A stretch of 64,000 nt of DNA from Octopus bimaculoides. Taxonomy: Eukaryota. The notes beneath the pieces are model-generated. The model had not been told where the DNA came from, did not search any database, and worked only from the letters and a program-made list of their open reading frames with translations. This document shows positions 26,201 through 38,952 of this stretch, piece after piece (positions within the stretch are counted from its first letter, which is position 1; each line of letters begins with the position of its first letter). Position numbers and translations under genes: made by a program. The stretch spans positions 6,345,696 to 6,409,695 of the forward strand of contig NC_068994.1 of the NCBI RefSeq assembly GCF_001194135.2, read 5' to 3'.

Positions 26201-28566
26201 ATAAAACTGATATTTAAGAATAAAACGATAATTTTCAATCAAGGAAATTTTGTGTTCTCTTCACTTTTAAGATTAAATTGATATTTTATGGTTAGTCTAT
26301 CAAAGTAATGGTATTTATTTATTTATTTATTTATTTATTCATTTATGTCTTTCTGTTTTCTTTGTACTCGTTTGTTTCAAGATGAAAGAAGTCTTAGAGT
26401 TAGGTTTTGAAAAATGATACAAAAGAGAACACATTGTAGAGCCACATTATCTACAAAACAATTGCATAAAGATCTCCACCACAAAAGAGCTTCTCGAAGC
26501 AGACGGCCATATACGAGGCAGCAGCAAACAAGAAACTAGAATGTTCAGGATAAAATTTAGATAAAACTGAAATGAAATCTATGAAGCAATGAAACTATCA
26601 TAAACTAAGATTATTCCGTGTTATATCGATGTCATCTTGAAGATATGTTAATTAAAAATATCTCATATTTTTGTTCTTTTTTCTCTATTGCCGCCTTTTT
26701 TTTTTTTTTTTTGAAAAATTGCGATTGAAGTGTATTGCAGTGAGTTTATTAAGCTGTCATTTATCGCTAATTAAAATGATATAAATCGAAAGATTTTTAT
26801 AATTAGCGTTCTTTGTCTTGCCAATGAAGTATCGTTTGATTATAGCCTTTACAAAGGCCGTTTAGCTAAAACAATTCTAAATTACCAGAGCTCTGTGGAA
26901 ATCTATGAGCTATCCATTTATCAATATTATTTCAATAATAATTCAATATAAAACAACACTATCAAATCATTCAGTGAAGCACACATCATCAAATATACAC
27001 CATACCACACGTCACACATTACATACACATCGTTAAACACAACCACACACGCACTCACTCTTAGAGACACATATGCAGACATACACGAGTGTGCGTACAT
27101 AGACATGTATGCATACAGAAACATGTTCACAAATACATAGCTACATCACTACACATACATACATACATACATACATACATACGTACGTACATTCTACATT
27201 CTACTTCGTACGTACTTTTGCATTCTTTCGCACAGACATAGAAAGATAGGCGTACACATCACACAAGACTAAGTAAATGAAAAGAAGAAAAAAGAGAGGG
27301 AGAGATAGATAAAGTGTGTGTGTGTGTGTGTGTGAGCGAGAGAGAGAGAGAGCAAAAGAAACAGAGAAGGTCAAATTGCAATAATGAAAGAAAGAACGAA
27401 AGAATGAAAGAATGGAAGAATGGAAGAATGGAAAATATAGAGAAAACATGAAAGCGAGAGATATAAATAGTTGCAACGTAATGACTTACAAAGCTAGAAG
27501 AAAAGATTGGGAAAAAGAAAGACAGTATGATAATTATATACACGAGTTCTTGGTTTATGGAAGTTTTATTATTTATGTTATACTATATATTGATGTTACG
27601 TGATTAATCCTTCTCAGGGATTCTGATTCTGATTAGGGTAATACTTATTTAAGGGTTTCGAACTGAGGGAGGTGTTGTTAGTTTTGTAGTTATTTCCTGT
27701 GTGTGCTGTTTAGTGTGTACGACTGCTTACTGGTGAATTCAGAGATCCATGTTAAGACCATCATCATCCAGTCCGGTTCTAGTAAAACGTTGGTCGTGGT
27801 TACTACTCTACTTGGTGGTTGTTACTGGTTAAGGTATACAGTGGGGGGGGGGGAGTAAAGGTGGAGGCAGGGGTGGTGAGGATACAGCATCGTAAACACA
27901 AAACAGAGTGAAACCTGCTTAGAAAACAAATGAAATGAACTGAATTTTGTGCTTCTCATACGTTTTCTCATAAATACATATACATGTGTATATATGTACA
28001 TGTATANNNNNNNNNNNNNNNNNNNNNNNNNNNNNNNNNNNNNNNNNNNNNNNNNNNNNNNNNNNNNNNNNNNNNNNNNNNNNNNNNNNNNNNNNNNNNN
28101 NNNNNNNNNNNNNNNNNNNNNNNNNNNNNNNNNNNNNNNNNNNNNNNNNNNNNNNNNNNNNNNNNNNNNNNNNNNNNNNNNNNNNNNNNNNNNNNNNNNN
28201 NNNNNNNNNNNNNNNNNNNNNNNNNNNNNNNNNNNNNNNNNNNNNNNNNNNNNNNNNNNNNNNNNNNNNNNNNNNNNNNNNNNNNNNNNNNNNNNNNNNN
28301 NNNNNNNNNNNNNNNNNNNNNNNNNNNNNNNNNNNNNNNNNNNNNNNNNNNNNNNNNNNNNNNNNNNNNNNNNNNNNNNNNNNNNNNNNNNNNNNNNNNN
28401 NNNNNNNNNNNNNNNNNNNNNNNNNNNNNNNNNNNNNNNNNNNNNNNNNNNNNNNNNNNNNNNNNNNNNNNNNNNNNNNNNNNNNNNNNNNNNNNNNNNN
28501 NNNNNNNNNTATATATATATATATATATATATACATACATACATACTGCATACATACATACATACA

Positions 28567-28599
<33 letters not shown>

Positions 28600-28603
28600 T
28601 TGG

Positions 28604-28758
28604 GAAAAAAAAATGAATAGAAATGACTTTTCTGATAATTTTTCCACTTTAATAATTAGACGTTTATAAGTTTACAAAAGGTGACTGATTATAAACATCT
28701 AATTATTAAAGTGGAAAAAATTATCAGAAAAACCATTTCAATTCATTTCATTTTTTTC
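28604..28758. repeat. Long AT-rich inverted repeat (hairpin) with a 19-nt spacer
   Basis: 28628-28669 is the reverse complement of 28689-28731 apart from one mismatch and one 1-nt indel. Weaker pairing extends to 28604/28758. Confidence 0.9.
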
Positions 28759-31700
28759 TAATACACTATACCAAGGACTTTCTATTTCTTATTCTACTAT
28801 ATATATATATATATAAAAGACATTTGTTTTTAAAAACGATGTACAAAACCAAAAATTGCTCCTTAAATCTGCTTTTCTCGCCATTCAATGAAAACATAAT
28901 CACACATCTACTCTTCGATGTTCTCCACGGAAACGTAGTCTGTATTGCAGATCAATACATATGTCTTCATTGATTCAATGACGAGTCGATTGATTGATTT
29001 TGTTGTTGTTGTTGTTGTTTTATTTCAGTTAAAGAATCCGATTATTTTACTTGATTCGGCCATTGGATTAAGCCCATGCTGGGGCACTGCCTCCACGTAC
29101 AACAAATAGACCTCCCCCCCAGTACTTATTCTTTTAAGTATGGGACTTATTCTATCGGACAGTTTATGATGATGATGATGACGACGATGACGATGACGAT
29201 GACGATGACAATGACGACGATGATGATGATAATGATGGTGATGGTGATGATGATGATGGTGATGGCAAAGAAGACTAAACGGAGTCGGTTTGAGAGACAG
29301 ATTATCTTCCTCCCCCCACTCATGGTCTAATGAAAGTGATATCCGATACACTTTGGTATTAATGGCATGTAGGTATGATTGATAATTTATCTGATAGACC
29401 AATGGACTTGTTGTGCAGTGAGATTCTATACAGGCTGTTATTAAACATCACTTCTCTTCTGCCATCCGTAACAGAATTCCTTTGGGAGGTTAACGTTAAA
29501 CAAATAGACTGTTGGACAGAGAAAAAAAAAAACCATCACTGTACTTTCCATCTGTCCGCCATTACATTCTGTTTTTTTTTTTGTTTATTCTTTTTTTATT
29601 TGTGTGCATGTTTGTGTGTGTGTGTGTGTTTCTATTCTTCTGCTCCACATTCCGATGCACACCCTATTCATTCCTTCAGTCAATCGTTCTTTCGTTCTCC
29701 CTTAATTCATTCATTCTATACAAACATACATTAGTAATATATATATNNNNNNNNNNNNNNNNNNNNNNNNNNNNNNNNNNNNNNNNNNNNNNNNNNNNNN
29801 NNNNNNNNNNNNNNNNNNNNNNNNNNNNNNNNNNNNNNNNNNNNNNNNNNNNNNNNNNNNNNNNNNNNNNNNNNNNNNNNNNNNNNNNNNNNNNNNNNNN
29901 NNNNNNNNNNNNNNNNNNNNNNNNNNNNNNNNNNNNNNNNNNNNNNNNNNNNNNNNNNNNNNNNNNNNNNNNNNNNNNNNNNNNNNNNNNNNNNNNNNNN
30001 NNNNNNNNNNNNNNNNNNNNNNNNNNNNNNNNNNNNNNNNNNNNNNNNNNNNNNNNNNNNNNNNNNNNNNNNNNNNNNNNNNNNNNNNNNNNNNNNNNNN
30101 NNNNNNNNNNNNNNNNNNNNNNNNNNNNNNNNNNNNNNNNNNNNNNNNNNNNNNNNNNNNNNNNNNNNNNNNNNNNNNNNNNNNNNNNNNNNNNNNNNNN
30201 NNNNNNNNNNNNNNNNNNNNNNNNNNNNNNNNNNNNNNNNNNNNNNNNNNNNNNNNNNNNNNNNNNNNNNNNNNNNNNNNNNNNNNNNNNNNNNNNNNNN
30301 NNNNNNNNNNNNNNNNNNNNNNNNNNNNNNNNNNNNNNNNNNNNNNNNNNNNNNNNNNNNNNNNNNNNNNNNNNNNNNNNNNNNNNNNNNNNNNNNNNNN
30401 NNNNNNNNNNNNNNNNNNNNNNNNNNNNNNNNNNNNNNNNNNNNNNNNNNNNNNNNNNNNNNNNNNNNNNNNNNNNNNNNNNNNNNNNNNNNNNNNNNNN
30501 NNNNNNNNNNNNNNNNNNNNNNNNNNNNNNNNNNNNNNNNNNNNNNNATATCCATGACAGAAGAAAATAAATCGAATAGATGAATTAATTCAATAAATGA
30601 GTGAAATTATCTTGATGGAATATTTAACCCATTTATAACTGGAGGATAAAGAATATTTTTGGTGGAAATAATTTCCTTTTTTCGTTCCCACTCATACGAA
30701 CGCTAACAGCGTGCTCACATATGCACATACACACTCACTCTTTCATGCACACACACACACACACACACATACAGCTAATTGTCGCCTGTGCTTCTGCGTG
30801 TGCGTGTGTTCGCGCGAATAGCGTTCGTATGTGTATGAGTGTGTGCATGTGTGCACGTACTACTAGTGTTCATTTGAGCGTCTCTTTCTCTCTGTTTCTG
30901 TCTGTCTGTCTATCCCTCCCCCCTCTCTCTCTCTTTCTCACACACACACACACACTTCTACAATCCCCTTTCCCCAGCACGACAGATTGTTTACACCACA
31001 GGAATGTATCGTTAGCACTTAAACACAATAGATAATATAACAAATATACCACATATGAATATAATCTATGCCAGATTTTGAGTGATGTATTCTAAACGCA
31101 CTCATTATCTTTCGATCTAATCTTGCTTGGTCGGTTAGTAGTCAATTGAGAATAATATATAACTATAACTTATTACTAGGACAGCTAAAGTTACCTTATT
31201 ATTGCATTATTATTTACTTCATTTAAGCTCTGTTTGTAGTATTAATCTAATACCTCTATGCCATTCTTTCCTAACCTCTCCTTTCATGTGTATATGCTGT
31301 ACTGCACTTTGTGAATATCATTGATCCTAAATATTTATAAGTCTGTGCTTGGTCTAATTCTTTTATCTCAGTTTTCTTTGTCTTAGCATGACATTAATGT
31401 TCTTAATTAATTTTCTTCTCTTCAAAGTTACAATGGCGGATTTTCGCTATTCTGGGTCTCGTATCATTTTCTTTTGTAAATCTAGTACAGCATATTTCCT
31501 TATTTATACCTCCGCATACAACGATTATTACTGTTCATGTTCATCACCACCACCGCCGCCGCCGCCACCACCACCACCACCACCACCACNNNNNNNNNNN
31601 NNNNNNNNNNNNNNNNNNNNNNNNNNNNNNNNNNNNNNNNNNNNNNNNNNNNNNNNNNNNNNNNNNNNNNNNNNNNNNNNNNNNNNNNNNNNNNNNNNNN

Positions 31701-33234
31701 NNNNNNNNNNNNNNNNNNNNNNNNNNNNNNNNNNNNNNNNNNNNNNNNNNNNNNNNNNNNNNNNNNNNNNNNNNNNNNNNNNNNNNNNNNNNNNNNNNNN
31801 NNNNNNNNNNNNNNNNNNNNNNNNNNNNNNNNNNNNNNNNNNNNNNNNNNNNNNNNNNNNNNNNNNNNNNNNNNNNNNNNNNNNNNNNNNNNNNNNNNNN
31901 NNNNNNNNNNNNNNNNNNNNNNNNNNNNNNNNNNNNNNNNNNNNNNNNNNNNNNNNNNNNNNNNNNNNNNNNNNNNNNNNNNNNNNNNNNNNNNNNNNNN
32001 NNNNNNNNNNNNNNNNNNNNNNNNNNNNNNNNNNNNNNNNNNNNNNNNNNNNNNNNNNNNNNNNNNNNNNNNNNNNNNNNNNNNNNNNNNNNNNNNNNNN
32101 NNNNNNNNNNNNNNNNNNNNNNNNNNNNNNNNNNNNNNNNNNNNNNNNNNNNNNNNNNNNNNNNNNNNNNNNNNNNNNNNNNNNNNNNNNNNNNNNNNNN
32201 NNNNNNNNNNNNNNNNNNNNNNNNNNNNNNNNNNNNNNNNNNNNNNNNNNNNNNNNNNNNNNNNNNNCATAATTGGAATAAGAAACAAAAGTTTTGAAAA
32301 AAAATTCTGAAATAAATAAAAATAGATAAAATACAAAAAAAAAATCATTTTTCAACGCAGCAACAAAAACAACAACAGCAACAACAATGAAACTCAATTA
32401 CAATGGAATAGGACATGCGGTGGTGGGGGGAGGGGGAGGAATACTTAGTAAAATAAAATAACCTCCTAAAATTTTAAATATATAATAAAATATAAAAAAA
32501 CACACTCACCTCTCCCAAAACAACAACAACATTAAATAAACTCAAAAAAAAACAAAAAAACCATCCTACCCTAACTTTTAAAAAATTATTAAAACAAGCA
32601 GAAAAAAAAACAGAAAAAAAAATACAACCAAAACCGAGAAGAAATAAAATTCATAGAATAAAGTAAAAAAAAAAATTAATAAATTGTAAAATAAAATTAA
32701 ATAATTATAAATAGAAAGAAGTTAAATAAAATACGATAAAATATTCCGCTACACCCCAGAATTTAATGAATTACTAGAAAATAAGAGGAAAATACGAAAA
32801 TGTGTGTGTGGGGGGGGGACGTGAATAAAGGGACGGGAAGGAAGGAAGTTAATTTAAATTGAATTAAAAGCTTCAGTAAAAACCAATAAATTAATAAATA
32901 ATTTAATATAAATCGAAGTAATTATAACACAAAAGTATGTAAATGCGTGTGTATTTGAGTATGTGTGTGTGTGTGTGTATGTATATATAAGGGTATATAT
33001 ATGTGTGTATGAGTGTGTATATATATATATGGATATATATGTGTGTGTGTGTGTATGATATATACATACATATATATGTGTGTATGTATATATAAGGGTA
33101 TATACATATGTGTGTATGAATATGTATATATATGTATATATATATAGCTGTGTGTGTGTATGAATGTATGTATATATATATATATATTTGTGTGTGTGTG
33201 TGTATGAGTGTGTGTGTGTATGAGTGTGTGTATA

Positions 33235-33305
<71 letters not shown>

Positions 33306-33859
33306 ATGAGTGTTGATATATATATATATATGCATGTGTATATATATTTCTGCATATATGCATGTATACATGTATTTATGTATGTATTTATGTATGTATA
33401 GATAGACTCTCTATATGTATAAATGTGTGTGTGTGCGTGAGTATGTGTGTGTCTGTATGTGAGAGTGTCGATTTGTATGCGTAATCGTGTGTGTGTATGA
33501 CTGTTTGTGTGCATGCACGTGTATATATGTATGTACACACCTAAGTCCGTTTGCATGTATAGTTGTGTATGTGCGCGCGCTCGCGTGTATTTGCGGGAGA
33601 AGAGAGAAAAAGAGACAGAAAGCTGAGAATGGATGCAAATTAAAAGCAAATAATGATAAAGATGGAGGCGAAGAAAAAAGTTTCTAATTTAAAGAAAACA
33701 TCAAAATAACTAACAAATAAACTTGAAAACAATATAGAAAACCTTTACACACACACACACTCATGTTTATGTTACTTAAGTTTATATATATGTATGTGTA
33801 TATGTATATATATCTTATATATATATACCGTTATATTATATATAAAACTTTCTATATAT

Positions 33860-33986
<127 letters not shown>

Positions 33987-34028
33987 TATAGATATAGATA
34001 TATGTATATATATGTATATATATATGTT

Positions 34029-34070
<42 letters not shown>

Positions 34071-34989
34071 TTTGTGTATATATATGTGTGTGTGTGTTTG
34101 TCTATATATACATCTATATATGTATTTATACACACATACGCACAGACACATACATACATACATACATACATACACAGACAGACAGACAGATAGATAGATA
34201 GACAGACAGACAGACAGGCATGTATAGGCTGTGCAAATCCTAATGATGCGCTGCCGTTTCAGATTTCTTGCGATATGAGGGGGTAGGGATGAATAACTCT
34301 CCACTGAAGCCAACGAATCATTGGAAATCTAGTGGAAGTTTCCGCCTTTTGTTCACTAGGAGGAGAAAACGGAGAAACAGGAAGAGGGAGGGGGAAGAAA
34401 GAGGTGAATTGGATCTTGGTTTTTCTCATTTGGCCTTTCCCCAGGCGCTTTATTGGTAGTGTTTGAATGTCAGCATAGAGAAATTAATCGAGGCGACCAT
34501 TATCTGTTAATTATAAACACTTCAGTAAGTTAGTGAATTAATTTAGCTTGCTAGAAGGAAGAAGAGAGGCTTGATATTTCGGGCAAGGATACCTTCATCA
34601 GCGAAGGAGTGGAATCAGCAATTAATTACACTGACATCTCGGTTCTGCGAGCTGTTCGCTGATTATATCGTAAAAAAAGTTTTGTTACAGCTTTACGCAC
34701 CTGTAAATTCCCAATGCGCATGCGCCAACAAGACCTTCAGTGGATGTGTTAGACTATTGTATTGATTCCGTTACTTGACTGGGACTTCGTTTTAACGACT
34801 TTAAAAGAATAAAAGACAAAGTTGACTGCAGCTTGATTGAACTCGGAACAAACACTGCTGCTGCTATAGAGTTGAAAATTTCTTTTGAATAGAAAATTTA
34901 TTGGTTGGAATTTTTGTATCCAAAAGGACGAAAAAGTTCTTCAACTCAATAGTCACATGACGTAGCTTTATTTGTGCCTCGAGATATAG

Positions 34990-35029
<40 letters not shown>

Positions 35030-35031
<2 letters not shown>

Positions 35032-35642
35032 TCGACTATGTACCTGAGACTACGCATGCGCGACTGTTAGTATGCCTGTGATCGAGTGCATATAAAGCTA
35101 TCTTTACACACGGCGGCCATTTTAGATGGACGTTGACTCTTACTGCCTGACCATTTACATTAAGCTGAATTCATTTAGATAGCAATGTTATGCCTCCATT
35201 CATCTTCCCACATGATCTCAGACTCAACACAGAGTCCTACATCAAGTGCCTGGAGGAGGTAGTGCTGCCTTGGAACAAGACGGTGGGTGCTGGAAGACCG
35301 TATCTCTGGCAACAGGATTCTGCGCCATGCCACACAATCAGGAGAACCCAGTCATGGATCTGTCAGACAATTTCTGCGACCACATCACCCCTAACATCTG
35401 GCCACCTAACTCCCCAGACTGCAACCCCTTCTGTTATTATGTGTGGAGCACAGTTGAGCGAGAGACCAACAAAACTCCTTGTAACACCAAAGATGAACTG
35501 AAGGCAAAGATTATGGCAATATTGACCAACTTAAAGAAGGTGACCATCCAGAAGAGTTGCAGGAGATTCCGAAGTCGTCTGGAGGCCGTGGTTGAAGCCA
35601 ATGGTGATTTTATTGAATAAATTTACTCTTTAGTATTTCAAG
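35030..35642 (+). mobile_element. Tc1/mariner-superfamily transposon remnant, DD37D (maT-like) transposase C-terminus
   Basis: Coding part about 35185-35620: ...YLWQQDSAPCHT..TQSW/LSDNF...IWPPNSPDCNPFCYYVW...RFRSRLEAVVEANGDFIE*. A 2-nt insertion near 35353 shifts the frame. There are 37 residues between the QQD aspartate and the position of the third catalytic residue, which is mutated to Cys here. Confidence 0.88.
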
Positions 35643-35976
35643 NNNNNNNNNNNNNNNNNNNNNNNNNNNNNNNNNNNNNNNNNNNNNNNNNNNNNNNNNN
35701 NNNNNNNNNNNNNNNNNNNNNNNNNNNNNNNNNNNNNNNNNNNNNNNNNNNNNNNNNNNNNNNNNNNNNNNNNNNNNNNNNNNNNNNNNNNNNNNNNNNN
35801 NNNNNNNNNNNNNNNNNNNNNNNNNNNNNNNNNNNNNNNNNNNNNNNNNNNNNNNNNNNNNNNNNNNNNNNNNCGTGTGTGTGTGTGTGTGTGTGTGTGT
35901 TTGATGTCCATGGTCATTCGTTGGACGAACAAATAAATATATAATAACAATAATAATAATAATAATAATAATAATA

Positions 35977-36188
35977 CTCAGACAAATACATAACAAAAAT
36001 ACCAGGACTTACAAATATATGTAACATACAGAAAATTGCACTACTGGGTACTGCACACATTCTACGCAAAACACCTTCAATACAGTAAACATAAGAGCAC
36101 CACAGCAAACCACAGCACATACCCAAGGCGCACAGAGCTGCGCTCGGTAGTGAAGTGAAAGCACGTTATAAAAATAAAACTACTGAAC
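35977..36188 (+). mobile_element. 5'-truncated 3' end of an R4/Dong-like RLE retrotransposon with 3' UTR and (AAT)n tail
   Basis: Reads SDKYITKIPGLTNICNIQKIALLGTAHILRKTPSIQ* (stop 36086-36088), then about 100 nt of UTR. (AAT)n runs lie on both sides. Confidence 0.85.
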
Positions 36189-36514
36189 AATAATAATAAT
36201 AATAATAATAATACGGACGAAGAAATATATAGAAATATAAATATATATGTATATGTATGTATGTATGTATATGTATATGTATATATGTAAACGATTTTAA
36301 CTTTCGCATATATTAGTTTTGTTCTCCCCCACCACCTCCTTTCTATTAAATTTCCGACTTGTTTAACCCAGCTCCGCATTAATTATGCATGCTAATGTCC
36401 TGGTCGTGAATATTTTAGCTGAGAGTTAAATACAGGGAGAACAACACTTTTGTCATGGTTATTATAATATATCTGAGGCTAGACATGTTTTGAAAAGTGT
36501 TTGGGCTAACACTT

Positions 36515-36557
<43 letters not shown>

Positions 36558-37584
36558 TGCGTATAACTATGTGTGTGTATGTTTGTGTGCATGTGTGTGC
36601 CTTTATTGCTTTGTGCGTGTCTATTTATTTGTGTGTGTGCGTGCGTGCGTGCGTTTGTGTGTGTATGTATGTGTGTACATATGTGTGTATAGTGTATATA
36701 TGTGTGTGTAAACACACATATATCACATATATATGCGTATAAATTTATGATTATCTGATCCTACGTATATATGTATGTATAGATACATATACAATGTATG
36801 CATGTGTATGTGTATATATATATATAAATATATANNNNNNNNNNNNNNNNNNNNNNNNNNNNNNNNNNNNNNNNNNNNNNNNNNNNNNNNNNNNNNNNNN
36901 NNNNNNNNNNNNNNNNNNNNNNNNNNNNNNNNNNNNNNNNNNNNNNNNNNNNNNNNNNNNNNNNNNNNNNNNNNNNNNNNNNNNNNNNNNNNNNNNNNNN
37001 NNNNNNNNNNNNNNNNNNNNNNNNNNNNNNNNNNNNNNNNNNNNNNNNNNNNNNNNNNNNNNNNNNNNNNNNNNNNNNNNNNNNNNNNNNNNNNNNNNNN
37101 NNNNNNNNNNNNNNNNNNNNNNNNNNNNNNNNNNNNNNNNNNNNNNNNNNNNNNNNNNNNNNNNNNNNNNNNNNNNNNNNNNNNNNNNNNNNNNNNNNNN
37201 NNNNNNNNNNNNNNNNNNNNNNNNNNNNNNNNNNNNNNNNNNNNNNNNNNNNNNNNNNNNNNNNNNNNNNNNNNNNNNNNNNNNNNNNNNNNNNNNNNNN
37301 NNNNNNNNNNNNNNNNNNNNNNNNNNNNNNNNNNNNNNNNNNNNNNNNNNNNNNNNNNNNNNNNNNNNNNNNNNNNNNNNNNNNNNNNNNNNNNNNNNNN
37401 NNNNNNNNNNNNNNNNNNNNNNNNNNNNNNNNNNGGGGGGGGGGCAGAAAGAGATACTTTTACGTGTTTATTGGACCCACTAGAAATAGCGTTCAAATTT
37501 CCCTCAAATCGCATCGTATGGACTTTACCGGCCCACTGACTGCAGCAGTAAAAACTGTGAATGAAAGAAAGCTATATATACAAG

Positions 37585-37645
37585 CCCACGAGAGAGAGAC
37601 AGACATAGACAGCGAGAGAGAGACAAACAGACAGACATAGACAGC

Positions 37646-37677
<32 letters not shown>

Positions 37678-37870
37678 TAGACAGCGAGTGAGAGACAGAG
37701 ACAGACAGACATAGACAGCGAGAGAGAGAGAGACAGACAGACATAGACAGCGAGAGAGAGAAACAGACAGACATAGACAGCGAGCGAGAGAGAGAGAAAG
37801 GCAGACATAGACAGCGAGAGAGAGAGAAAGGCAGACATAGACAGCGAGAGAGAGAGAGAGAGAGAGAAGG
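37585..37870. repeat. Compound GA-rich minisatellite, variable unit (GA)n-CAGACATAGACAGC
   Basis: About 8 units of roughly 26-40 bp, each ending in CAGACATAGACAGC. Confidence 0.9.
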
Positions 37871-38830
37871 TAGGCACAGAGAGAGGGGGCAGAGAGAGGG
37901 GGAGGCAGAGAGGGGGGGCAGAGAGAGAGAAAAGAGACCTCCATGTGAATCACTCGACTCATTGGAAATATCGTCCAAGTTTCCCTTAAATCACATTTTG
38001 CTATCAAAGCAGGGAAAGTTACTCATACAAACCAACGTTGGGGACCTCTACGTGGTCATCAGACCGGCTAAAAACAGCATCCGAATTTCACTAAAACCAC
38101 AGCTTACTGTCTTTAAAAATAAGGATATGATTCATTGAATAACTTTGGATATAAACCATAACAGAGATTTGGCTGAGTGGTTAACGTATACGTTTTGCAG
38201 TCACAAAGTTCCAGGTTCGATCTCACTGCAGCGAGACATTTTGAGCAAAAGCATTTTTAGTATAGTTTAAGGCAGATCCAATCCTCGTGAATGAAATAGG
38301 GTTGACGGAAATTGTAATGAAGCCCGTCGTGGTAATCAGAACTTTTTATTTTTAAGACGATGCGAAACACTATGCCTGAAGACATCCCAAAAGGCGGGAT
38401 GTGCGCGCATGGAGAGTCTTTGATCCTAGCTTTATTCGATCAGCGTTGAAGTAGAGGTTACTCTATGCCAACAACAGTCATAGAGTCGAAAAATCACCAG
38501 CATCTGAACTTAATGTCTAAAGTTGATCAACGTTAATTAAGTGAAGCACTCTATAATAACATATATACACACACACACACAAACACATTCACGTACACAC
38601 AGACACACACAAACACATTCACGTACACACAGACACACACAAACGGTCAAAGACGCACACATATATTATATATACATAGTTGTATGCCCCGGTGAACTAA
38701 TATGTTGATGTGATGTCAGCGGGGTTGAGGATGGGCGGGGAAGCGAAGGACGACAGAACACCATTCGGCTTGTTGATCTTGACGATCGAAGTCATCGATG
38801 CGTGATTATTGAATGTACGATGATACGAGG

Positions 38831-38888
<58 letters not shown>

Positions 38889-38921
38889 GTGTGCATGTGT
38901 GTGTATGCATATGTATGTATG

Positions 38922-38952
<31 letters not shown>

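Noticed and set aside
32268-32860. A-rich tract after the gap
   Set aside because: It looks like low-quality or low-complexity sequence with homopolymer runs and has no interpretable structure.
34716-34726. NRF1-like TGCGCATGCGC
   Set aside because: An isolated motif with no other promoter evidence; a similar string occurs in the nearby transposon leader.
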